Assembly: GCA_002238805.1 (NCBI GenBank)
Contig: MPNB01000003.1
Coordinates: forward strand, 6,407 to 70,406
Reading direction: 5' to 3'
DNA from: Rhodothermaceae bacterium bin80
GTDB taxonomy: Bacteria; Bacteroidota; Rhodothermia; Rhodothermales; Bin80
Length of the DNA stretch: 64,000 nt
The position numbers and the translations under genes were made by a program. A model generated the notes under the pieces. The model made no database searches and was not told where the DNA came from. It saw nothing but the letters and a program-made list of their open reading frames with translations. The number at the start of each line of letters is the position of its first letter. The stretch's first letter is position 1. Positions 55,592-64,000 of the stretch are shown piece by piece.

Positions 55592-57172
55592 CTATTCCGT
55601 TTCCTTGTTCTGTTGCTTTTCCACCATATTTGCCACGTCCTCTAAGAGGGCCTTTGCATCGTAGAGGATACCATCCTTGATAGTATACTCGACCCCTCCT
55701 ACATACTCAACCTCGCCGGTTTCATCGTCGAGCTTCATAGCACCTGTTCCATAAAGAACCTTAAAGTTTGCCAGCGGATTTTCGTCCACAATAAGTAAAT
55801 CTGCACGCATGCCGGCGCGAATGACTCCAAAGTCTATGGGTTTCTGGAGGGATTTATAAATCTCCATGGCCCCGTGCATGGTAGCAGCGCGAACAACTTC
55901 TAAGGGATGAAATCCAGCCTCCTGCAGCAATTCGAGTTCCAGGATTGTTCCAAACCCATAGAGTTGATAGATATAGCCGCTATCACTACCAATTGTAACC
56001 TTGCCTCCCAGGTTCTTGTATTCATTCAGGAACTGCATCCAGACCTGATAAAACTTCTTCCACGCCACCTCATCATGAGTAGTCCAGTCAAAGAAATATG
56101 ACCCATGATCAGTGCGGCTTGGAATAAAGAATTCCCAGAGACTATTGAGCGTGTATTTCTTGTGCCAATCCGCATTCTTAGCTCGCATCACATCCCGTCC
56201 TGCCGAATAGATGGTCAATGTGGGATTGATGTAGTAGTCCAGTTCCAGGAACTCATTCATAACAGCGTGCCATCGATCGCTGTTTGGGGTTACCAGCGAC
56301 CACTGACGTGCAACTTGCCCGAAACGCATCTGCTCGTCATTGTAGTCCATATCTACAGGCCAGGGCTGCACATCATGTGCGTCGTACAGTGCTTCGAAGA
56401 GTCCGTAGAAATGGGTCATACTGCCAAGTCCAAGCCTGGCTGCATCCAGCGCGTTCATTTGAGCCACGCCCATCTGTCCCAGGTGGGCCGTGGATCCGAG
56501 GTTATGCTTGGCAGCCTCATCCAATAGGGCAGCCATAATATCTGGTGGATAGGAGCCAAGCTTGAGGCCATCCACTCCAGATTCGGCCGCAAACTGTACC
56601 CAGGCGCGTGCGGCCTCCGGGGTTGTGACGGGGCCTTGATCCCAGCCACTGCCTGGTCGATGATAGCTTACCATGTGGGGGGCAGTGATTGTATTCTTGG
56701 CGCTTCGCTCTTTTTCGCTCAGTGACCACTCAAAGCCTCCGAAGGAAACTCCCCGCACTGTTGTGATTCCGTGAGCAAGCCACAGCTTATAGATATATTC
56801 CGCTTCGGGGGCCTTGGGAGTTCCACCTGTATGGGCATGCAGATCTACAATCCCGGGCATCACGTATTTTCCGTGTGCATCAATTTCACGTGTTGCGTCG
56901 CCGGGCCGGCGATCCTCGTTGATATCCACATAAGGGGCGCCAACACTGGTTACACGTACGATGCGATTTCCTTCAATCACGATATCCATGGGACTGCGGG
57001 GGGGTGAGCCTGTCCCGTCAATCACAGTAGCTCCCCGGATGATCAGGCGTTCAAAAGGGCCCTCGCCTTCATCAGGTCCGCGATCCGGTGCCGGCGTAAC
57101 TTGTGCAAATGCGAGCAAAGGAAGTGATATGATCGCAAACAGCAAGATCACCAGAATTTGTAAATACTTCAT
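55592..57172 (-). CDS. secreted amidohydrolase-family metallo-hydrolase
   Basis: The signal peptide is MKYLQILVILLFAIISLPLLAFAQ. It has the metal motif GIVDLHAHTG and the C-terminal motif RADLLIVDENPL typical of amidohydrolase-fold enzymes. The start is the ATG at 57172. Confidence 0.8.
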   Translation of the reverse strand: MKYLQILVILLFAIISLPLLAFAQVTPAPDRGPDEGEGPFERLIIRGATVIDGTGSPPRSPMDIVIEGNRIVRVTSVGAPYVDINEDRRPGDATREIDAHGKYVMPGIVDLHAHTGGTPKAPEAEYIYKLWLAHGITTVRGVSFGGFEWSLSEKERSAKNTITAPHMVSYHRPGSGWDQGPVTTPEAARAWVQFAAESGVDGLKLGSYPPDIMAALLDEAAKHNLGSTAHLGQMGVAQMNALDAARLGLGSMTHFYGLFEALYDAHDVQPWPVDMDYNDEQMRFGQVARQWSLVTPNSDRWHAVMNEFLELDYYINPTLTIYSAGRDVMRAKNADWHKKYTLNSLWEFFIPSRTDHGSYFFDWTTHDEVAWKKFYQVWMQFLNEYKNLGGKVTIGSDSGYIYQLYGFGTILELELLQEAGFHPLEVVRAATMHGAMEIYKSLQKPIDFGVIRAGMRADLLIVDENPLANFKVLYGTGAMKLDDETGEVEYVGGVEYTIKDGILYDAKALLEDVANMVEKQQNKETE

Positions 57173-57173
57173 G

Positions 57174-57944
57174 TCATATCTGTGAGAATGGAAGGGGTCG
57201 AAGAATGAAATCCGTAATATTAGAAACGGTATCCGCGTAAGTGGGATCATCGCGCAGAGCGATCCATTCTGGATCAACAATGAACCTTGACCACGCGACA
57301 TCTCGTTCAGACATGTTCTCGAACCCCAGCATATAGGTCAAATTGGGCATTAGAGGTCCATAGAGTGTCTCACCGAAGAATACTGGATTAAGCCCAGTCT
57401 TATGGAAGATGGCAATTTCCCCACCTTCGTTGAACATGGCAATTTTTTTCTGCCCTGCGATGCTGCTGTGGCTCTCGTAGATTCGAAGTTCGAATATTCT
57501 ATCCGGTCCATTGGCGGGTGTTGCTATTTGCGGCATATCTACGAAGGCATGCATGAGTTGGTGCTCCCGTCGCACGTAGGCTGGATTGTCGAGTTTGGCA
57601 TTCAGGAAATCTGCTCCCGAACGTTGAAATTCCACATCATCCAAGAGCAGTGTACTGCTCCGTACGGCAGAGTCCATGCTTTGATGGGGGAGTATAACGT
57701 AGAGAGACGGCTGGTTGGGGCCATACATAGGTGCAAATACGCCTACCGGTCCGATGCCTAATCGTCCGTAAGCAGGCAATGCTACATCCCGATAAAAATC
57801 AGCAACACGCGATTTACCGGCTCCAACGTTTGTATGATACGTTATGAGTTCAAAATACTGTTGTTGTTTCCCGGAAGTGTTAGAGGGTACAAACGGTAGT
57901 GCTACGGCCAACGGGACCGATGACATAAAGGAACGGCGATGCAT
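57174..57944 (-). CDS. NIPSNAP-family protein with a Tat-like signal
   Basis: Has two NIPSNAP-like halves (YFELITYH..., IFELRIYESHS...). The N-terminus MHRRSFMSSVPLAVALPF contains an RRxF motif. Confidence 0.65.
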   Translation of the reverse strand: MHRRSFMSSVPLAVALPFVPSNTSGKQQQYFELITYHTNVGAGKSRVADFYRDVALPAYGRLGIGPVGVFAPMYGPNQPSLYVILPHQSMDSAVRSSTLLLDDVEFQRSGADFLNAKLDNPAYVRREHQLMHAFVDMPQIATPANGPDRIFELRIYESHSSIAGQKKIAMFNEGGEIAIFHKTGLNPVFFGETLYGPLMPNLTYMLGFENMSERDVAWSRFIVDPEWIALRDDPTYADTVSNITDFILRPLPFSQI

Positions 57945-57955
57945 AGGTGTAAAGG

Positions 57956-59266
57956 ATGAATGAATCTCAAAATAGGGATTTATGGGCGTCAGAGTCTAAT
58001 TTTGCGGCCAAGAGAATATTTAGTGCTGCGGTAGACGGCGTAAGTGCTTATAGGTTATTGGAGCAGGTGAATAACTTGCCTATCTCCGATTCATGTCGTG
58101 TTGTTGGTGCGGGCAAAGCAGCTATGCCTATGGCTGCAGCGCTGGAGCAATGCTTTCCGAATGCTGTATTTGAAGGCGAGGTGGTTGTACCGCATGGATA
58201 TATGGACTCCTTTCCGGATGAGTTAGCACGCCCCAAGGCCATAAGGATATCCGAAGGTGGACATCCCATTCCCAATGTTAATAGTCAGCGGGCGGCAGAG
58301 CGTGCTCTGAAGATTGCGAAAGATTGTGGACAGAACGATACACTTATAGTGTTACTCAGCGGGGGGGCTTCGGCGTTGTGGAGTGCACCAGATAAAGGCT
58401 TAACCCTGCAGGATATCCGTACAGTAAACCATATGTTGTTGCAGAGCGGTGCGGACATTCATCAGTTGAATACAATCCGTAAGCATCTGTCGGCCATAAA
58501 AGGTGGACGTCTCGCAGTAGCAACGTGGCCAGGACGCGTGGTCACACTCGCCGTATCGGATGTTATTGGTGATGATATGTCAGTAATTGGGAGTGGGCCT
58601 ACAGTGGGTGATCTAACCACTTGGCAGGATGCGACGGACATTATCCAAGCCTTGGATTTACGGTTACCAACGGCGGTGCACCAGCATCTTCAACTTGGAG
58701 TTGAAGGTGGTTTACCAGATACGCCGAAGCCAAACTCGAAGCTTGTGCAACAGTCTATTTTTCGACTTTTGGCCTCAAATGCTGACGCGTTGAAGGCGGC
58801 CGAGGCTACCGCTCAGAATATGGGATATGAGGTTGTATCGGTGGATCATGATGTATGTGGTGAAGCACGGGAAGTGGGAGCAGCCATGGCGCGGTGTGTT
58901 TTGCGCCTAAAACCAGGTCAGTGTTTTATTTGGGGTGGTGAAACTACGGTTACCGTACGCGGTAATGGAAAGGGTGGACGTAACCAAGAGTTGGCATTAG
59001 CGGCAGCATGTGAGCTTGAGGGCACATCTTTGGATGCCGTACTGCTTTCTGGCGGTACGGATGGAATTGATGGACCCACAGATGCTGCGGGGGGGTGGGT
59101 TAATCCAGACACAGTTCCGATGGCGCTAGCTCACGGAGTGGATCCTCAAGCTGCCCTCGAAGCAAATGACGCATATAACTGTCTCCGTGCTACGAAACAA
59201 CTTTTAATCACTGGCCCGACCCATACAAATGTGATGGATGTAGGCATAGGTCTTGTAGCATCATGA
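57956..59266 (+). CDS. glycerate kinase type-2 / hydroxypyruvate-reductase-like (DUF4147 plus MOFRL) protein
   Basis: Contains [58 protein letters not shown] and [18 protein letters not shown]. Confidence 0.8.
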   Translation: MNESQNRDLWASESNFAAKRIFSAAVDGVSAYRLLEQVNNLPISDSCRVVGAGKAAMPMAAALEQCFPNAVFEGEVVVPHGYMDSFPDELARPKAIRISEGGHPIPNVNSQRAAERALKIAKDCGQNDTLIVLLSGGASALWSAPDKGLTLQDIRTVNHMLLQSGADIHQLNTIRKHLSAIKGGRLAVATWPGRVVTLAVSDVIGDDMSVIGSGPTVGDLTTWQDATDIIQALDLRLPTAVHQHLQLGVEGGLPDTPKPNSKLVQQSIFRLLASNADALKAAEATAQNMGYEVVSVDHDVCGEAREVGAAMARCVLRLKPGQCFIWGGETTVTVRGNGKGGRNQELALAAACELEGTSLDAVLLSGGTDGIDGPTDAAGGWVNPDTVPMALAHGVDPQAALEANDAYNCLRATKQLLITGPTHTNVMDVGIGLVAS

Positions 59267-61284
59267 GCAACCGTTTGGCTTCCGAAAAGAGCCCATATCT
59301 TCTCCAGCATAAGGATAATCCAGTTAACTGGTGGCCTTGGGGAGATGCAGCTTTTGCAGCTGCCCGTACAACTGATCGACCAATATTTCTCTCAATTGGG
59401 TATGCGACCTGTCATTGGTGTCATGTGATGGAGCGGGAGTCGTTCGAGGATGCAGAAGTGGCCCAGTTGCTGAACGACACATTCATTAACATCAAAGTTG
59501 ATCGTGAAGAGCGCCCGGATGTGGATACCATCTATATGAATGCCTGCCAGGTTGCGACCGGGCGCGGTGGATGGCCGCTCTCCATAATGATGACTCCGGA
59601 CATGCGCCCATTTTTTGCGGCCACGTATGTCCCCAAGACCGGGCGCTATGGGCGCGATGGTATGCTGCAGATCATCCCACGTGTAGCAGAAATATGGCAG
59701 AAGGATCGGTCTGCACTGCAGAATGTCGCAGAAAATTTTCTAAATGCGTTGAAGAACGCCTCTATGCATAATCTTGCGGGAGAGGAGCTATCTACACAGG
59801 TCCTTGATGCAGCATTTAGACACCACGAGCAACAATATGACTCGGTCAACGGTGGATTTGGTCATGCTCCCAAGTTTCCATCCCCGGAACGCCTGAGATT
59901 CTTGCTGCGCTATTGGAATCGCACAGGAAATACTCGAGCACTGCAGATGGTTGAGCACACGCTTCAGCAAATGCGCCGAGGGGGATTGTTTGATCAATTG
60001 GGTGGGGGCTTCCATCGATACAGCACGGATCCAATGTGGCTTTTGCCTCATTTCGAAAAGATGCTGTATGATCAGGCGCTCCTGGTATTGGTTTATCTCG
60101 AGGCATTTCAGGCAACCGGACGTCTGGAGTATGAGCAGACAGTTCGGAGCGTATTGGAGTACGTTTGCCGCGAATTACAAAATGCTGAGGGCGCCTATTG
60201 TACCGGAGAGGATGCAGATTCTGAAGGAATCGAAGGAAAATATTATGTCTGGAGCATAGATGAAGTGCGTAGAGTACTGGATCCAGCTGCCACAAGACTT
60301 GTGACGGCTGCCTTCAACCTTACCGAAACAGGTAATTATGTCGATGAAGCTACTCGAGATCGGACAGGTGACAACATATTTCATCGTTCCCCTGGAGATG
60401 ATCTCTCCGATAGCATAAGTCTATGCGCGGCCTCCAGGCGGCTATTCGAGCTTCGTGCTCAGCGTGTACGTCCGCTCCTTGACGACAAGGTGTTGACGGA
60501 CTGGAATGGACTCATGATTGCCGCTCTTGCGCGGTGTGGTGCGGTATTGAACGATGCTGATTTAATTCGTCGTGCAGTAAAATGCGCACAATTCATTGAA
60601 GCACATATGGTACCAGAGTCAGGCAGACTGCTGCACCGATGGCGTGAAGGGGAAGCTGCAATAGCCGGTATGCTGGATGATTATGCTTATATGGTCATGG
60701 GACTCCTAGCACTTTATGAAGCCACCGGCGAAGAGGACTACTGTTCATGGGCTCTGGTGCTCACACAAACAGTACTTGCCGAATTCAGAGCTGAAGATGG
60801 TGGCTTTTATCTGACTGCACAAGACAGCAAGACACTCCTGATGCGTCCCAGGCAGCCATTTGACAGTGCACTCCCGGCAGGCGGTGCTGTAATGATGATG
60901 AATCTGTTACGTCTGGGGCGCATAACCGGTGAGACTGAACTGGAAGCCGTTGGGCATGATGCGATTGCAGCGCATTCGACAGGGCTACGGCAGTATCCTG
61001 ATGGCTTTAATGCAGCGTTGTCTGCCTTGGACTATGCATTGGGGCCCAGCACCGAGGTAATAGTTTCAGGCGCCCGCAGTCTCGCCAGAACGCAAGCGAT
61101 GCTATTGGCTCTTAGAGGAACTTACGCTCCCAATGCTGTGATTCTTTCACGTCCGGCTTTCAGGGACAGTAATGAGCCGGCGATACATGTGTGTCATGGG
61201 AGCACATGTGATCTGCCAACCGAGGATACTGAAGTGGTTATTGCCCGATTACAAACGCCACGGATTAAACACCGACTAGGATGA
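59263..61284 (+). CDS. thioredoxin-domain (DUF255) plus six-hairpin glycosidase-like protein, YyaL/SSP411 family
   Basis: Contains [41 protein letters not shown] and [25 protein letters not shown]. Confidence 0.85.
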   Translation: MSNRLASEKSPYLLQHKDNPVNWWPWGDAAFAAARTTDRPIFLSIGYATCHWCHVMERESFEDAEVAQLLNDTFINIKVDREERPDVDTIYMNACQVATGRGGWPLSIMMTPDMRPFFAATYVPKTGRYGRDGMLQIIPRVAEIWQKDRSALQNVAENFLNALKNASMHNLAGEELSTQVLDAAFRHHEQQYDSVNGGFGHAPKFPSPERLRFLLRYWNRTGNTRALQMVEHTLQQMRRGGLFDQLGGGFHRYSTDPMWLLPHFEKMLYDQALLVLVYLEAFQATGRLEYEQTVRSVLEYVCRELQNAEGAYCTGEDADSEGIEGKYYVWSIDEVRRVLDPAATRLVTAAFNLTETGNYVDEATRDRTGDNIFHRSPGDDLSDSISLCAASRRLFELRAQRVRPLLDDKVLTDWNGLMIAALARCGAVLNDADLIRRAVKCAQFIEAHMVPESGRLLHRWREGEAAIAGMLDDYAYMVMGLLALYEATGEEDYCSWALVLTQTVLAEFRAEDGGFYLTAQDSKTLLMRPRQPFDSALPAGGAVMMMNLLRLGRITGETELEAVGHDAIAAHSTGLRQYPDGFNAALSALDYALGPSTEVIVSGARSLARTQAMLLALRGTYAPNAVILSRPAFRDSNEPAIHVCHGSTCDLPTEDTEVVIARLQTPRIKHRLG

Positions 61285-62459
61285 ATGAAGTCTTCATTTT
61301 GAGTGCCACCCGCTCTCCAATTGGTCGTTTTGGAGGGACACTTCGGTCGTTGAGTCCGGCGGAAATTGCGGCACCGGTTCTTCGGTCAGCACTGGAGCGG
61401 TCCGTAGTGCCGGGCTTGTTACCCGATTTGATTTTGATGGGTCATGTTCTGAGAGGTGGTCATGGACAGCTTGTTCCTCGACAGGCCGCAAAACTTGCAG
61501 GCATCCCTCACTCCGTTGATGCAGTTGGCATCGATATGGTATGTTCCTCCGGTATGATGAGTCTGATAGCAGGAGCGGCATTTATTCAGTCGGGTGCCTC
61601 GAATTTGATCCTGGCGGGAGGTGTGGAATCTATGTCGGATACAAGGTTTGCGCTCTCTAGCAAGGCCAGATGGGGATACAAGTATCTACCTGGACAGGGG
61701 GAAGCGGTGGTAGACCTTTTGTACAGGGATGGGTTATCAGATCCCACAAACGGTGAAGCTATGGGAGTACAGGCGGAGCGTTTGGCACAGACGCTCTGCA
61801 TAAGCCGCCGAGAGCTGGATGCAGTAGCTGCGGAGTCTCATTCCCGTGCACACAGGGCGACATTAAATGGCGGGTTCAATGCTGAAATTACCCCAATCCC
61901 TACCAGGAAGGGCAACCTGGAGCAGGACGAGGGAATTCGCTCGGGCACAACTGTAAAAACACTTGCTGATCTGCGTTCCGTTTTTGTACAGGATGGATTA
62001 CTGACTGCCGGCAATAGCAGTCAAATAAGCGATGGAGCTGCAGCACTTCTGCTTGCCAGTGGAAAGTTCGTGAGAGATTACAGTCTGCGGCCGATAGCCC
62101 GTATACATGGTAGTGCATGGGCTGCCGGAACATGGGATCGGTTCATAGAGGTTCCTGCCGAGGCAGCCCGGCGCGCATTAGATGTGACTGGCATGCGCGT
62201 GGAGGACATAGATCTATATGAAAACAACGAGGCGTTCGCTTTGAGTACGCTACTTTTCGTTCGTGATTTTGGAATTGACCCAGAGGTACTAAACGTGAAT
62301 GGTGGTGCCATTGCCTTGGGACATCCAATCGGATGTTCAGGGGCCAGGATTGTCGTGACACTCCTGCATGCACTCAGGACACATGGAAAATCACTTGGTC
62401 TTGCTGCTCTCTGCCACGGCACAGGTGGGGGGACAGCAGTAGTGGTAGAGTACCTATAG
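61281..62459 (+). CDS. acetyl-CoA C-acetyl/acyltransferase (thiolase)
   Basis: Has the active-site Cys context VCSSGM, then [25 protein letters not shown] and the C-terminal CHGTGGG. Confidence 0.9.
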   Translation: MNEVFILSATRSPIGRFGGTLRSLSPAEIAAPVLRSALERSVVPGLLPDLILMGHVLRGGHGQLVPRQAAKLAGIPHSVDAVGIDMVCSSGMMSLIAGAAFIQSGASNLILAGGVESMSDTRFALSSKARWGYKYLPGQGEAVVDLLYRDGLSDPTNGEAMGVQAERLAQTLCISRRELDAVAAESHSRAHRATLNGGFNAEITPIPTRKGNLEQDEGIRSGTTVKTLADLRSVFVQDGLLTAGNSSQISDGAAALLLASGKFVRDYSLRPIARIHGSAWAAGTWDRFIEVPAEAARRALDVTGMRVEDIDLYENNEAFALSTLLFVRDFGIDPEVLNVNGGAIALGHPIGCSGARIVVTLLHALRTHGKSLGLAALCHGTGGGTAVVVEYL

Positions 62460-62808
62460 CGTGCAATGCTCCGTACGCTCACGTATATGTTTATTGGAGT
62501 AACTGGTATGGCGTGACATTTGAGGAGTGTTCAAAAATGGTTGATGGTGGGGTATGCAGGCATTTTGGTGTTCCTACGGCCCATCTATTCCGCATCTTCC
62601 TGGATGAATCAGTTCAGTCAGGGCGCATTTGAGATCACCATGTCTCTCCTTATCCGTCTGGATTAATCGTTTCCCTGATGGTGCTTCCCTCGATATACAT
62701 TTGGCGTGTAGCCCAGAAAGGAAATTTGTGAGATCCCCGTTCCAATTCAGCTTTAATCCAAATAGCGCATTTCAAGCGAATTGAAGGTGAATAGGGTTCC
62801 CAAGGATT

Positions 62809-64000
62809 TTATGCGCTGGGTATCGGGTTCCTGATCCTACGGATACGGAGTTTAACATTTTTTCTGGGAGCGCAGGACGGAAATGGATGGATCTTGAGTT
62901 CGCGGTCTTCGGGTAGCAGATCCAACTCAAAGTGATATGCAAGAAGCAGAATGTTTGCAACCATCAGAAGGTCCGTGTAACGACGTCCCAAGCAGGTGTG
63001 TGTACCTAGACCATATGGCATATAGGCCCCGGGCTGTTTATGTTCGGCTCGCTCTGGTAGGTAGCGGTCTATATCAAATTGGTATGGTTTTTTAAAAAGA
63101 GTGTCATCATAATGGGTTGCGGTATGACCGATAAGCAGTCGTGTTCCGGGCGGGATTTCATAACCCTCAACCACAAAACGATTCACGACTGCTCTTATTT
63201 GCCAGGGAATCACGGGATACATGCGGGTCGACTCCAAAATGAGACGATGGGTAATATCCACGTTGCTAAGATTGAAATCTTCTCCTTTGGGCAGGTGTCC
63301 GTTCCCGAAAAGATTCTCAGCTTCTTTGTAGACTCCCTCGTATACCTCCGGGTTTCGAATCATACAGTAGAGTGCAAAAGAAATTCCTCCGCCCACATAA
63401 ATAGCCGCGACCATACCCGCAGCAAGAGGGAAAGTCAAATCTGTCTCTGATATAAGTTGAGGATCGTTCCTGTGGAGTTCCAGAAATGCATCAGCAATAT
63501 CAATAGGTTGTCCTTTACGCTGTCCTGGTGTATGCGATAGGAGGACATTCTCAACTAATTCATGCACCAGCTTTTCATAACGCTTCATCTTAGGCGTTTT
63601 CATCATGAATTTGGGTATCGCCTTAGTTACGTGAACGATAAGCGCACGATGTTCATAGTCCAGTACTTTTTTGGAGAACTGGGTGCAGTCAGTGCTGATG
63701 ACTAGAGGGCCGATCTGATCAGCCATGTACGCTCTAATTACATCAATCATCGGAAAGACATCGCCCTCTTTCCATTTGCTCATTGATAACCTGCTGTGAT
63801 GGTACAAATCCGGCAATTGGTTTGTCAGTGCAGAACGAGAATAGCTTCCCTTCACTGCTTTGCGCATTCTGTAATGATTGGCGCCATCTGAGCCCGGCAG
63901 TGTTCTGGTAGAACCGAATGCGTTTTCGAAGTCTCCGATGTATTCTTTGGAGCGTAAATAAAATCGGGCATTCCTGTTGATCCACTGATTTGCTTCCGCC
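62809..64000 (-). CDS. cytochrome P450 (N-terminus outside the window)
   Basis: Has the haem-thiolate loop PYGLGTHTCLGRRY, the EXXR region (ESTRMYP) and an I-helix-like AGMVAAIYVGGG. The frame stays open upstream of the listed Met (63867) to base 64000 (...FGSTRTLPGSDGANHYRMRKA...). Confidence 0.85.
   Translation of the reverse strand, partial: AEANQWINRNARFYLRSKEYIGDFENAFGSTRTLPGSDGANHYRMRKAVKGSYSRSALTNQLPDLYHHSRLSMSKWKEGDVFPMIDVIRAYMADQIGPLVISTDCTQFSKKVLDYEHRALIVHVTKAIPKFMMKTPKMKRYEKLVHELVENVLLSHTPGQRKGQPIDIADAFLELHRNDPQLISETDLTFPLAAGMVAAIYVGGGISFALYCMIRNPEVYEGVYKEAENLFGNGHLPKGEDFNLSNVDITHRLILESTRMYPVIPWQIRAVVNRFVVEGYEIPPGTRLLIGHTATHYDDTLFKKPYQFDIDRYLPERAEHKQPGAYMPYGLGTHTCLGRRYTDLLMVANILLLAYHFELDLLPEDRELKIHPFPSCAPRKNVKLRIRRIRNPIPSA

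Overview
The window looks like a roughly 50% GC chromosomal segment from a Bacteroidota/Rhodothermota/Balneolota-type bacterium. The taxon guess rests on a SusC/SusD pair, GWxTD and DUF4159 proteins, many lipoprotein signal peptides and an ileS-dksA-like-lspA block. All protein calls come from motifs I recognise by eye in the supplied translations; I ran no searches. Most of the window is housekeeping: korAB, tatC, glyA, murB, ileS, lspA, yggS, PNP, a thiolase, TctABC, and tesA with ybbA/ybbP-like genes. Five stretches stand out. (1) A complete clade-II-type nitrous-oxide reductase cluster (cytochrome c, nosZ, a membrane protein, nosL, nosD, nosF, nosY) lies between two 549-bp direct repeats that duplicate the ccmD 3' end plus ccmE. 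The distal ccmE copy carries an in-frame TAG, transposition-gene remnants sit at both junctions, and a 79-bp tandem triplication reiterates the start of the cytochrome c gene. (2) The intact ccmE has a CxxxY motif instead of HxxxY, and the ccm set visible here is only ccmBCDE, coupled to murB. (3) A visibly GC-rich islet of about 1.5 kb carries two paralogous lipoprotein genes and a decayed HTH gene. (4) A 17-kb SusC/SusD operon has no recognisable carbohydrate-active enzyme. It encodes three FG-GAP/UnbV (CRTAC1-like) lipoproteins, a GWxTD protein and a small MGMT-family protein. (5) Two tandem orphan STAS-domain paralogs share an unrecognised C-terminal extension, next to a GC-rich beta-propeller gene and a reverse-transcriptase-like remnant. 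I found no tRNA, rRNA or CRISPR array.
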